Shown: in pieces, positions 21,182 through 29,696 of the stretch
Position numbering within the stretch: the first letter of the stretch is position 1
Layout: each line of letters opens with the position of its first letter
Assembly: GCA_965263355.1 (NCBI GenBank)
Contig: CBDHHL010000056.1
Coordinates: 800,001 to 864,000, forward strand
DNA: 64,000 nt
Source: Leptolyngbyaceae cyanobacterium
GTDB taxonomy: Bacteria > Cyanobacteriota > Cyanobacteriia > Phormidesmidales > Phormidesmidaceae
Direction: 5' to 3'
The notes under the pieces: generated by a model
What the model was told of the DNA's origin: nothing
Database searches by the model: none
Seen by the model: only the letters and a program-made list of their open reading frames with translations
Made by a program: the position numbers and the translations under genes

Positions 21182-21210
21182 CCTAGTTTACTCAATGTTG
21201 TAGGGGGGGC

Positions 21211-21999
21211 ATGGGTATGCATCAACAAGTTTCAATTTTAGGCACTCGGGTTAATGGAACTAGCTATAGAGATGCCTGCGATCGCATCACAACCTGGGCC
21301 AGGGCTCAACATTCCTGCTATATCGTTGCCGCCAATGTCCATGTGGTGATGACGGCCTACTGGAACCGTGCTTACCGCCGAATTCTCAACCATGCAGCCC
21401 TGGTCACACCGGACGGCATGCCTTTGGTTTGGGGATTGCGATGGTTAGGGATTACCCATCAGTCTCGAGTGTACGGCCCTGATCTGATGCTGGCCTGGTG
21501 CGATCGCGCCGCTAAAGAAGGTTTACCCATTTACCTTTATGGCGGTACCGATGGGATGTTGCAGCATCTGGTTCAGAACCTGCAGCAGCAGATTCCAAAT
21601 CTGATCATTGCAGGCACCCATGCCCCCCCCTTTAGACCCTTAACCCCAGCCGAAGAGGTTGCTGATATTAAGACGATTCATCAATCTGGGGCGGCGGTAG
21701 TGTTTGTGGGGTTAGGCTGCCCTAAGCAGGAACAATGGATGGCTCGCCAGCAGGGCAAACTCAATGCCGTGATGCTTGGTGTAGGAGCAGCCTTTAGTTT
21801 TCATAGCGGTAGCGTTTCCCAGGCACCTCGTTGGATGATGGCATGGGGACTGGAGTGGGCCTATCGCCTGTGCCAGGAGCCACGTCGTCTGTGGCGGCGC
21901 TATGTGCTAAACAATACGGCATTTCTCCTATTATTTGGACTGCAGTTAATGAATCGAGCAATGCGGTCTATCCTAAGGCCAGGGCATTCTTCCAGTTGA
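21211..21999 (+). CDS. WecB/TagA/CpsF family glycosyltransferase
   Basis: TPDGMP, RVYGPDL, VGLGCPKQE, GVGAAF, GLEWAYRL.QEPRRLW. Confidence 0.93.
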   Translation: MGMHQQVSILGTRVNGTSYRDACDRITTWARAQHSCYIVAANVHVVMTAYWNRAYRRILNHAALVTPDGMPLVWGLRWLGITHQSRVYGPDLMLAWCDRAAKEGLPIYLYGGTDGMLQHLVQNLQQQIPNLIIAGTHAPPFRPLTPAEEVADIKTIHQSGAAVVFVGLGCPKQEQWMARQQGKLNAVMLGVGAAFSFHSGSVSQAPRWMMAWGLEWAYRLCQEPRRLWRRYVLNNTAFLLLFGLQLMNRAMRSILRPGHSSS

Positions 22000-22002
22000 C
22001 GA

Positions 22003-23463
22003 ATGAAAGAGCCGTCTTCCCCCAAACCAGGCCACAGACAGAGTTTTCTGTGGGGTATCGGTGCAGATATTCGCGCTGTGCGTGGAATCAGCCCACGGCG
22101 ACGCTGGGGTAGTGTCAGAGTTATAAGCCTGTTATTAAGTGATGCCCTGGCCCTGGGGTTAGCCTGGCAGCTAGCCCGGTTTCTAAATCAGTTTTACTCT
22201 CCAATTCCTGAACAGTTGGTGTGGTGGGTATGGCTGGGGCTACCCAGTTTATTTTGGCTATTTGCAGGGGTGACTCTGCTGTTATTTACCCACTTTGGTC
22301 TTTACGGTGCCACGGTTCGAGCAAAGGATTATTTACGAGCGGCGCAGTTAGTGAGCTGTGTTTACTTTATATCGCTAGTACTAGCTTATTTTTACGATCC
22401 AAAACTAGATGCTCCCCGGTCGCTTTTTTTTAGTGCCTGGGTAGGTAGTGTGGTGTTAGTCATGGTTACCCGGTTATGGACCAATGGATTACTCTCCTAT
22501 CTGCGAGGGACTGACTTGCCATCGCGGGTTTTTCTGATTACTAACCCAAACCGTATGCACCATTTATCGAAGACTTTGGAACAGCGATCTCACTATCAGG
22601 TGGTTGGCGCTGCTATGGTGGCAACGGCTAATACAGATATCACCTTTCAGCAGATTTTAGCTGCCAAACCCGATGAGGTGCTAGCGGAAGATGTGCCTGA
22701 TATAGAACTGGCTTCGGGGCTGTACTGGCGATTGCGTAGTGCCAAGATTCCTCTACGGTTGCTGCCATCAAGTCGGGAAATGCTTTACCGGCGTGGGATT
22801 CCGGAGGTGGTGGCTGGTTTGCCAACGTTAATGATTGAAACCTCGATTTTTCAGACTTTGGACTATCGACTCAAGCGCTGGCTAGATTATGGTTTGGCGG
22901 CTGTGGCTGTGCTGATACTTAGTCCGGTGTTTGTGGGAATTGCGATCGCTATCCGCCTCGCCTCGCCCGGCCCTGTCTTTTTTCGGCAGGATCGCATGGG
23001 TCTGAAAGGTAAAGTGTTTAAGGTCTGGAAATTTCGCACCATGGCAGTGGATGCCCCCCAGCGTCAGGCCCAGCTGGAGCAGCAAAACCAAACGGCGGAT
23101 GGCATTATGTTTAAGCTCCAGCATGATCCACGGATTACCCCTATAGGTAAGTTTCTGCGACGTACGAGTCTGGATGAGTTACCCCAACTGTTTAACATAT
23201 TGCTAGGGCAGATGAGTCTGGTGGGTCCCCGTCCCTTGCCGCTGCGAGACGTGGCTCAATTTGAACCCTGGCATCATATTCGTCACCAGGTTTTACCTGG
23301 AATTACTGGACTATGGCAAGTATCAGGTCGGTCTGATATTGAAACCTTTGACGATGCTGCCCGATTAGATTTGCACTATATCGACAACTGGTCTCTTAAC
23401 TTAGATTTAGAAATTATGGTGGCAACACTGCGCATTGTTTTGACTGGGCTGGGTGCCTATTAA
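22003..23463 (+). CDS. Priming polyprenyl-phosphate glycosylphosphotransferase
   Basis: N-terminal TMs; KFRTM, DPRIT.IG.FLRRTSLDELPQLFN, SLVGPRP, PGITGLWQV. Confidence 0.93.
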   Translation: MKEPSSPKPGHRQSFLWGIGADIRAVRGISPRRRWGSVRVISLLLSDALALGLAWQLARFLNQFYSPIPEQLVWWVWLGLPSLFWLFAGVTLLLFTHFGLYGATVRAKDYLRAAQLVSCVYFISLVLAYFYDPKLDAPRSLFFSAWVGSVVLVMVTRLWTNGLLSYLRGTDLPSRVFLITNPNRMHHLSKTLEQRSHYQVVGAAMVATANTDITFQQILAAKPDEVLAEDVPDIELASGLYWRLRSAKIPLRLLPSSREMLYRRGIPEVVAGLPTLMIETSIFQTLDYRLKRWLDYGLAAVAVLILSPVFVGIAIAIRLASPGPVFFRQDRMGLKGKVFKVWKFRTMAVDAPQRQAQLEQQNQTADGIMFKLQHDPRITPIGKFLRRTSLDELPQLFNILLGQMSLVGPRPLPLRDVAQFEPWHHIRHQVLPGITGLWQVSGRSDIETFDDAARLDLHYIDNWSLNLDLEIMVATLRIVLTGLGAY

Positions 23464-23472
23464 AAATGAGAT

Positions 23473-26043
23473 ATGTCTACTTCATCACCAGAATCACGCC
23501 CATTGCTACAGGCCTTAACTCAAACAGCAGATGGTCCTTTAATCGGGCTACTAACAATTTGCTTTTACATCCTATTTACCCTGCTCCCCAGTAGCCATTC
23601 GCTAATGGTGTCATGGCCATGGGTGGCAGTGTGGCAGGTGGCGTTGGTATTACCGATCATTTGGCTGTTGTGGCAGCTATGGTTTAAGCCTCTGAGTCAG
23701 TTTAAGCTGGGTTCAGGGTTAGACTGGCCTATTGCCCTGTTAGTCATAGGGTTAGGGATTTCTACAATTTTTGCCGAATTTCCTAACCAGGCCCGGTGGT
23801 ACTCATGGGCTGCTTTAGGGGGGATTGCTGCGCTCTATGCGTTGTCTGGTTGGCTCAAGACACCTCAACAGGCGATGCAATTGCTTAAGTTCCAGGCAGG
23901 TCTGGGGATTGCGTTTATTTTAGTCAGTCTCTATCTTTGGTTATTTCAGACCTATTTCCCAGAACTGGAAAGGTTGGCCGCATTGGAACCCTATGGCGTT
24001 GCCCAACAGTTTAATTTTGGTGTGACTAGCTTGCGGAACTGGTATCCGTTGGGACACCAAAACTATGTGGCCGGTTATCTGGTTTTGATTTTGCCTGTGC
24101 TGTTTGGGTTAGCTATTCATGACCGTGGCTGGCAGCGTCTGCTATGGGGTGTTGGCTGTTGTTTAGGACTGGTGGATCTATATACTGCTAGTTCTCGGGG
24201 TGGGTTGTTGGCTCTGATGGTGACGGTTGCGATCGCCCTTATAATTGTTCTCTTTTGTAGTCAGTTACCCCGACGGTTTGTGTTGCCCGCTGGTGGCTTG
24301 CTGCTATGTCTTTTAATTGCGACTACCTTGGGTAATAGTCGGGTCCGACGACCTTTATTAGCCCTCTTACAAGGTAAGACAAACAATAGTGAATTAGGAT
24401 ATCGAGCCATTACTAATGTCATTGGCTGGCGCATTGGTTTGGACCATCCTTTGACTGGAGCAGGGCCTGGTAGTGTTTTACAGCTGTTTCAAAAATATCG
24501 TCCCTACTGGGCTGGTCGTGAAGCTGAGTTACATTTTCAATTGCACAGTACTCCAGCCCAGCTATGGGCAGAACTGGGGTTATGGGGAATAACTTCATTG
24601 ATAGCCTGTATCGGTCTTCTAGGATGGTTAACGTGGCGTTGGGCCAATTATACAGATGCTAAGCCTTTTATAAATCGTGTTCTTGTTTGGAGTTTAATAG
24701 GCAGTCTTTTTGCCTATGGCCTCATGGGTCTAACCGATTATCAGTTAGATACCCTTCCCATTAGTGGAGTAATCATAGTAGACCTGGCTATTTTAGCTAA
24801 GGTGTATCGAGCCGCTCACCCACAAGACAAAACAAATGAGCCATCCCAAGGGTTCTCATCGCGTTTTTGGGTGGCACTGGTCATCGGTTTACTGCTAACG
24901 GTTAATCTTTGGTTAATTCCCGTTCATCGAGCCTGGGCCTGGTCTAAGCAGGGATTAAACCAACTCAATCGCGGCAACTTTGACGGGTTTGAAAATGCGT
25001 TAACCCAGGCTCATCGATTAGCCCCCTGGGAACCCTATTATCCATTCATACTTGCTTGGATGCTGGGAGATTTGAGCTATCGAACCACCGGAGACTCTAG
25101 CCAAGCGCTCAGAGCTGCTGCGATTGAATGGTTTGAGCGCGCCAATCTTGTTGCACCTTATCAAGAATTTGGTCAATCTAACCTGGGTTGGTTATTACTT
25201 GATACTCAACCAGATAAAGCCGTTGTTGCTTTTACAAATGCAGCTAAACTTATCCCTGCCAAGCAGGGAGTCTTCTTTGGACTGGGGCGTGCCCTATTAG
25301 CCAATGGGCAATCACAACTAGCTACAGATGCATTTGTTTTAGAAAGTCTAAGATTCCCCATGGTGATAACCAGCCCCATTTGGCAGATTAGTGAGTTAGC
25401 TACCGCGAGAGAGGAGGTATTTAGTCAGTTAGAACGATATTATTCTAACTTTTTGACAATGACCGACAATACGCAGCTGAGTAAGCATTGGCAGCAAATG
25501 CGCGGCACACTGTACTGGTGGCAAGGCAACTATAAAGCCGCTGCAAACGACTGGCAGGAGTTTCCTTCAGGACAAGTTCTCTTACAACTGTCATCTCAGC
25601 AAAGTACCTTAACAGCCAAAACGTTGCCAGAAAAAATTATCGGGCAAAAGGCAATTCTTGCCTGGCTTTTGCCTCAACAACGGGCCTCTTTACTAGAACG
25701 TGGTTCAATCAAATCAAAAAATCAGTTACCACAGTACAATTCAGCATTACCTTCACCAGAAGTGATTGAGCAATTTGTTGCCACTATGGAACAAGCTACA
25801 AGCTTTGATGATTGGCTTAAAAACAGCACGTTAATTTCCCAACCCCGCAGTCAACGCCTTGGGTTTGGTACCCTCAATCGTCATATTGACGGTCCTTTTC
25901 CCTCAGATTACTACACTCGTATTATCAATCGACCAGTATCGCAATTTTTTGGGGCAATGTTACCATCTCCATCTTGGTTTACAGAGTTGGATGTCAGTCT
26001 TGAACCCTACAGAGAGGAACTGCTCGAAAAAGTCTCTTCCTAG
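23473..26043 (+). CDS. O-antigen ligase / O-oligosaccharyltransferase family protein with TPR-like C-terminal extension
   Basis: Polytopic N-half; GHQNYVAG, SSRGG, HPLTGAGPG, QLHSTPAQLWAELG (Wzy_C His motif); TPR-like helices at the C-terminus. Confidence 0.8.
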   Translation: MSTSSPESRPLLQALTQTADGPLIGLLTICFYILFTLLPSSHSLMVSWPWVAVWQVALVLPIIWLLWQLWFKPLSQFKLGSGLDWPIALLVIGLGISTIFAEFPNQARWYSWAALGGIAALYALSGWLKTPQQAMQLLKFQAGLGIAFILVSLYLWLFQTYFPELERLAALEPYGVAQQFNFGVTSLRNWYPLGHQNYVAGYLVLILPVLFGLAIHDRGWQRLLWGVGCCLGLVDLYTASSRGGLLALMVTVAIALIIVLFCSQLPRRFVLPAGGLLLCLLIATTLGNSRVRRPLLALLQGKTNNSELGYRAITNVIGWRIGLDHPLTGAGPGSVLQLFQKYRPYWAGREAELHFQLHSTPAQLWAELGLWGITSLIACIGLLGWLTWRWANYTDAKPFINRVLVWSLIGSLFAYGLMGLTDYQLDTLPISGVIIVDLAILAKVYRAAHPQDKTNEPSQGFSSRFWVALVIGLLLTVNLWLIPVHRAWAWSKQGLNQLNRGNFDGFENALTQAHRLAPWEPYYPFILAWMLGDLSYRTTGDSSQALRAAAIEWFERANLVAPYQEFGQSNLGWLLLDTQPDKAVVAFTNAAKLIPAKQGVFFGLGRALLANGQSQLATDAFVLESLRFPMVITSPIWQISELATAREEVFSQLERYYSNFLTMTDNTQLSKHWQQMRGTLYWWQGNYKAAANDWQEFPSGQVLLQLSSQQSTLTAKTLPEKIIGQKAILAWLLPQQRASLLERGSIKSKNQLPQYNSALPSPEVIEQFVATMEQATSFDDWLKNSTLISQPRSQRLGFGTLNRHIDGPFPSDYYTRIINRPVSQFFGAMLPSPSWFTELDVSLEPYREELLEKVSS

Positions 26044-26078
26044 TTTAGAGGTCTGATTAATTTAAGATTTCTAAAATC

Positions 26079-26861
26079 TTACTCGTTTGGGTTATAGCGA
26101 ACGGTTACTTGGCCATTTTCGGCAACTAAGACCTTTCCTCCCAATGCCTCAATTTGGGCAATGGCTTCTTGCCGAACATTATCGTCAATGGCTCTGGATA
26201 AAACGTTCATCCAACCATTGATAACAGCAGGTTTACTATTAGGGTCAGTCGCTAAGAAATTAGCCGTACGTTGAGATAACTTAGCAACTAGTGGCGCTTC
26301 TGAATCAGATGATTGCTGTGCCCAATCTGCAGCAGTTTGAAATGAAGCTTGGGCCGCTGAATTATCACCAACAAACAACAGTTGATCCGTGCCCTTGTAT
26401 CGCCAGACAAAATAAGACCTAGCGGGTAAATCAGGCGACATCGTCCTCAACCCTTTATCCATCAGAGAAATGGCTGTTTGAGGCTGGCCAGCATATACAG
26501 ACACCGCATTTGTTAAATATAGGTAGGCACTCATAAAGTATGGATCGCGCTCAACAATGACCTCAAAAAACTTGGGGCTCAGGCCATAACCAACAAAATC
26601 TCGTGAATCAAAATCGCCAAAGTACTGCAAAAACCTTAAAAACACCCAGCTACTTAAAAGATTATTAAAGCCAAAGGCAGGTGTAGCGGATATAAATTGC
26701 AGGTTTGTTTCGGCTAATTGGTTTTGTTGAATAGCTGTGTCCAACGTACTATTATCTGGCATTGACAAAACATGCAAACGCTGGTTCTGCAACAGACCAA
26801 TAGTTGCGAACAAACTCAAGGTCAGCAGTGTTCTTAATAAGAAGGATACGGATACGCTCAT
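26079..26861 (-). CDS. Membrane-anchored helical hypothetical protein downstream of the pilin
   Basis: N-terminal hydrophobic helix; FGFNNLLSSW.FL.FLQYFGD, DPYF..AY. Confidence 0.75.
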   Translation of the reverse strand: MSVSVSFLLRTLLTLSLFATIGLLQNQRLHVLSMPDNSTLDTAIQQNQLAETNLQFISATPAFGFNNLLSSWVFLRFLQYFGDFDSRDFVGYGLSPKFFEVIVERDPYFMSAYLYLTNAVSVYAGQPQTAISLMDKGLRTMSPDLPARSYFVWRYKGTDQLLFVGDNSAAQASFQTAADWAQQSSDSEAPLVAKLSQRTANFLATDPNSKPAVINGWMNVLSRAIDDNVRQEAIAQIEALGGKVLVAENGQVTVRYNPNE

Positions 26862-27097
26862 ACTTGTTCAGCTATATATGTCGAAATTTGTATATTCAAT
26901 AGCTTCTACCCTAGTTGATGGTAGCCCTACACGTCGGGTCGGAAGCCCAACGTAAGTTTAATCAAGCTGCCCCTAAGCCTCTACGAGAATACATCTCTTA
27001 AAGAAAGAGGGGGACTAAAATCATACTTAAAAATTCAACGTTAGTGAGCCAAATACTCTTAGCTAAATTTTGTCAGCAGGCTTCAATTTGCCAATAT

Positions 27098-27129
27098 AAA
27101 ACCGGGGGCAAACAATGCTGCCCCCGGTT
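27098..27129 (-). terminator. Intrinsic terminator of the pilin gene
   Basis: Minus strand AACCGGGGGCA-loop-TGCCCCCGGTT followed by a short T run, about 95 bp past the pilin stop. Confidence 0.75.
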
Positions 27130-27222
27130 ATTCAGCTAAAATCTTCTGAAATTGTAAGAATCCATTAACTTAGAGTATGAACTCCAGTTAACTTCTCAAA
27201 AATCAGTCAATTTAGACAAATT

Positions 27223-27840
27223 CTATTGAGGCTCATAGCCGGTACCACACTCAATGTCAGCTGCATTTGTTGCTATGCCACTAGGCTGAATGGTAGAGTC
27301 ATCTGCTGTCGTATTAGTCTTGATACTCTCACATAGCTGGGTTGTTGAAGTCACCTCATCGCTTTCTGAATCTTGCAGTAAGTAAGTTATACCGGTGTAA
27401 GATTTTAAGTTGAGAAGTTTCTCAGCCGTAGGGTTTGCAATAACAATCCCACCGCTAGTGAAGGCACTTGCATCACCATCAGCAATATTATTGCTTGCAT
27501 CGATACCCCATAGGTCGCCGATTGTAGCGTCAGTTCCTTGACCCAGCAAATAGTTCTCAGAAGCAAGTTTGACACCGATACCAAGACCACCAATGGACTG
27601 AGAGAATTCAGCTTCCTCAAGTACATAGGCCTGCTGACCACGGTTAATGGCACCGACGTTGGTAACAGCTTCAGTTTGGCGGGCTCGGTTGGCCTGGTTA
27701 AGGAAAGAAGGTAGAGCAATAGCAGCCAGGATGCCGATAATGATAATTACTACCAGCAGCTCAATTAGGGTAAAACCCTCGTTGGACTTTTTCTTGCTAA
27801 TTAGATGCTGCAGTAGCTTTGCACGTAGAGTAGTCTTCAT
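27223..27840 (-). CDS. pilA: Type IV pilin, probably the major pilin
   Basis: Class III signal KKKSNEG/FTLIELLVVIIIIGILAAIALPSFLNQ; C-terminal Cys pair; AGGAGA RBS; own terminator. Confidence 0.92.
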   Translation of the reverse strand: MKTTLRAKLLQHLISKKKSNEGFTLIELLVVIIIIGILAAIALPSFLNQANRARQTEAVTNVGAINRGQQAYVLEEAEFSQSIGGLGIGVKLASENYLLGQGTDATIGDLWGIDASNNIADGDASAFTSGGIVIANPTAEKLLNLKSYTGITYLLQDSESDEVTSTTQLCESIKTNTTADDSTIQPSGIATNAADIECGTGYEPQ

Positions 27841-27896
27841 TACGTAATATGTCTCCTTGAGGTTTGGGATGTAGCGTCTAGCTCACAGCTTTAAAG

Positions 27897-27902
27897 CTAC
27901 CC
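27897..27902 (-). promoter_or_regulatory. Possible SigF-type promoter element GGGTAG upstream of pilA
   Basis: CTACCC on + strand about 57 bp before the start; resembles the GGGTAR element of cyanobacterial SigF pilin promoters. Confidence 0.4.
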
Positions 27903-28107
27903 ATGGAATTCAGATCTCTTATCACTTGGGTTGAAAACCTGAAAAGCCTTGGAATAACTTGATTATCGCCACTCATTTAACCTACCCTCTAGCACAGGTA
28001 GACCTATCAGCTAATATACAGAATTCGTACAAATGACACCAAAGTCGTCTCCGTATAATTACTGGGGCATTGGGCTTATAGGGGTGTAATTTAGCTATGG
28101 GTAGGTC

Positions 28108-29592
28108 TTAAAAACGTTCCGCATTCTTAAAAGCGATTGTTTGGGCCATCGCGCCTTCACCACAGGTTTTGGGGGAGGGGAATAGTTTAGTGGGATTGGC
28201 GAGCCCTTGGGTATTAATAGCTTGGCGGACCCATTGCATGGTTGCCAGGTCTATTGGGGTAAACATTTGGGGCATATAGCAGCGTTTGTCTGCACCGATA
28301 CCGTGCTCACCAGAGATGCTGCCGCCCGCTTCGACACAGAGTTTAAGGATTTCTCCACCCAAGGTTTCTACGGTTTCAAGCTGACCTGGGATAGCATTGT
28401 TATACAAAATTAAAGGATGTAAATTGCCGTCACCTGCATGGAAAACGTTGGCAACGTTATATCCATACTGTTTACTCAGGGCCTCGATTTCGTTGAGCAC
28501 ATGGGGGAGTTGGGCTCTGGGTATGACACCATCTTGAACATAATAGTCGGGGCTTAGTTTACCCATGGCTGCAAAGGCGGCTTTACGGCCTTTCCACAGA
28601 CGTAGGCGGTCGTCAGGGGTGGTTGCGATCGCAACCGTCCTTGCCCCATTTCCCTTAACAATGTCGCTAATCTTTTCGGCACTGGCCGCCACAGCCGCTG
28701 GGGAGCCATCCACCTCAACCAGCAAAATCGCTGTGGCATCACGGGGATAGCAATCTAGGGCAACGACTTCTTCTACAGCGTTGATACTAAAGTTATCCAT
28801 CATTTCCATCCCAGCTGGAATGATTCCGGCGCTAATAATATCAGAAACACTTTTTCCAGCGGCTTCGACGCTATTAAAATCCGCCAGCAGCGTTTGGACA
28901 CTCTCCGGAGACTTAAGAATACGTAGGGTAATCTCCGTGGCAATCCCTAGGGTGCCTTCCGAACCGACAAAAATGCCAGTGAGGTCATAACCAGGTATTT
29001 CTGGCCCATCGCCAACATCAACAATGTCGCCGCTGGGCAATACCAGCTTTAGGCCCAAGACATGGTTGGTGGTCACACCGTATTTAAGACAATGCACCCC
29101 ACCAGAATTTTCGGCAATATTGCCACCAATAGAACAGACAGATTGGCTAGACGGATCGGGGGCATAGTAAAACCCAGCTCCGCTCACGGCCTGGGTAACC
29201 CAATTGTTGATTACACCAGGTTGGACTACCACACGCTGGTTATCGTAGTCGATGTCTAGAATTTGCCGCATGCAGGCGGTGACAATTAGTACGCTATCTT
29301 CAATGGGTAAGGCCCCGCCGGATAGGCCGGTGCCAGCACCGCGAGTAACAAAGGGAATGCGGTTGCGATCGCACACCTTAACAACCGCTGCCACTTCTTC
29401 GGTAGTTTTGGGCAGAACTACAACGGCAGGTCGTTGACGGTAGCTGGTCAAACCATCACACTCATAAACCAGAAGTTCTTCTTTACGGCGCACGACCTGA
29501 TCATCGCTGAGCAGCTTGACAAACTCCTGAACAATTGGTTGCCAGTCTCTTTTCTCAGCCGCTGCCTCTTGTAGTGCTACCCCAGAAGTCAT
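28108..29592 (-). CDS. glcD: Glycolate oxidase FAD-linked subunit
   Basis: YECDGL, RGAGTGLSGGA, YAPDPSSQ, HAGDGNLHP, SISGEHGIG. Confidence 0.92.
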   Translation of the reverse strand: MTSGVALQEAAAEKRDWQPIVQEFVKLLSDDQVVRRKEELLVYECDGLTSYRQRPAVVVLPKTTEEVAAVVKVCDRNRIPFVTRGAGTGLSGGALPIEDSVLIVTACMRQILDIDYDNQRVVVQPGVINNWVTQAVSGAGFYYAPDPSSQSVCSIGGNIAENSGGVHCLKYGVTTNHVLGLKLVLPSGDIVDVGDGPEIPGYDLTGIFVGSEGTLGIATEITLRILKSPESVQTLLADFNSVEAAGKSVSDIISAGIIPAGMEMMDNFSINAVEEVVALDCYPRDATAILLVEVDGSPAAVAASAEKISDIVKGNGARTVAIATTPDDRLRLWKGRKAAFAAMGKLSPDYYVQDGVIPRAQLPHVLNEIEALSKQYGYNVANVFHAGDGNLHPLILYNNAIPGQLETVETLGGEILKLCVEAGGSISGEHGIGADKRCYMPQMFTPIDLATMQWVRQAINTQGLANPTKLFPSPKTCGEGAMAQTIAFKNAERF

Positions 29593-29662
29593 TGCTTGTT
29601 GCCAATAGTATTAGAGCTGTCTTGATCCTAACGCTATTAGTGAAGGATTAGGGGCATAGATA

Positions 29663-29688
29663 AGGGGCATTACATGCAATGCCCCCAC
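29663..29688. repeat. REP-like palindrome (degenerate)
   Basis: AGGGGCATTACATGCAATGCCCCCAC; related to 52391 and 50646. Confidence 0.7.
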
Positions 29689-29696
29689 GATAATCC

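Noticed and set aside
26930..26953. Small hairpin ACGTCGGG/CCCAACGT downstream of pilA
   Set aside because: Too short and single-copy to assign; may be a decayed REP
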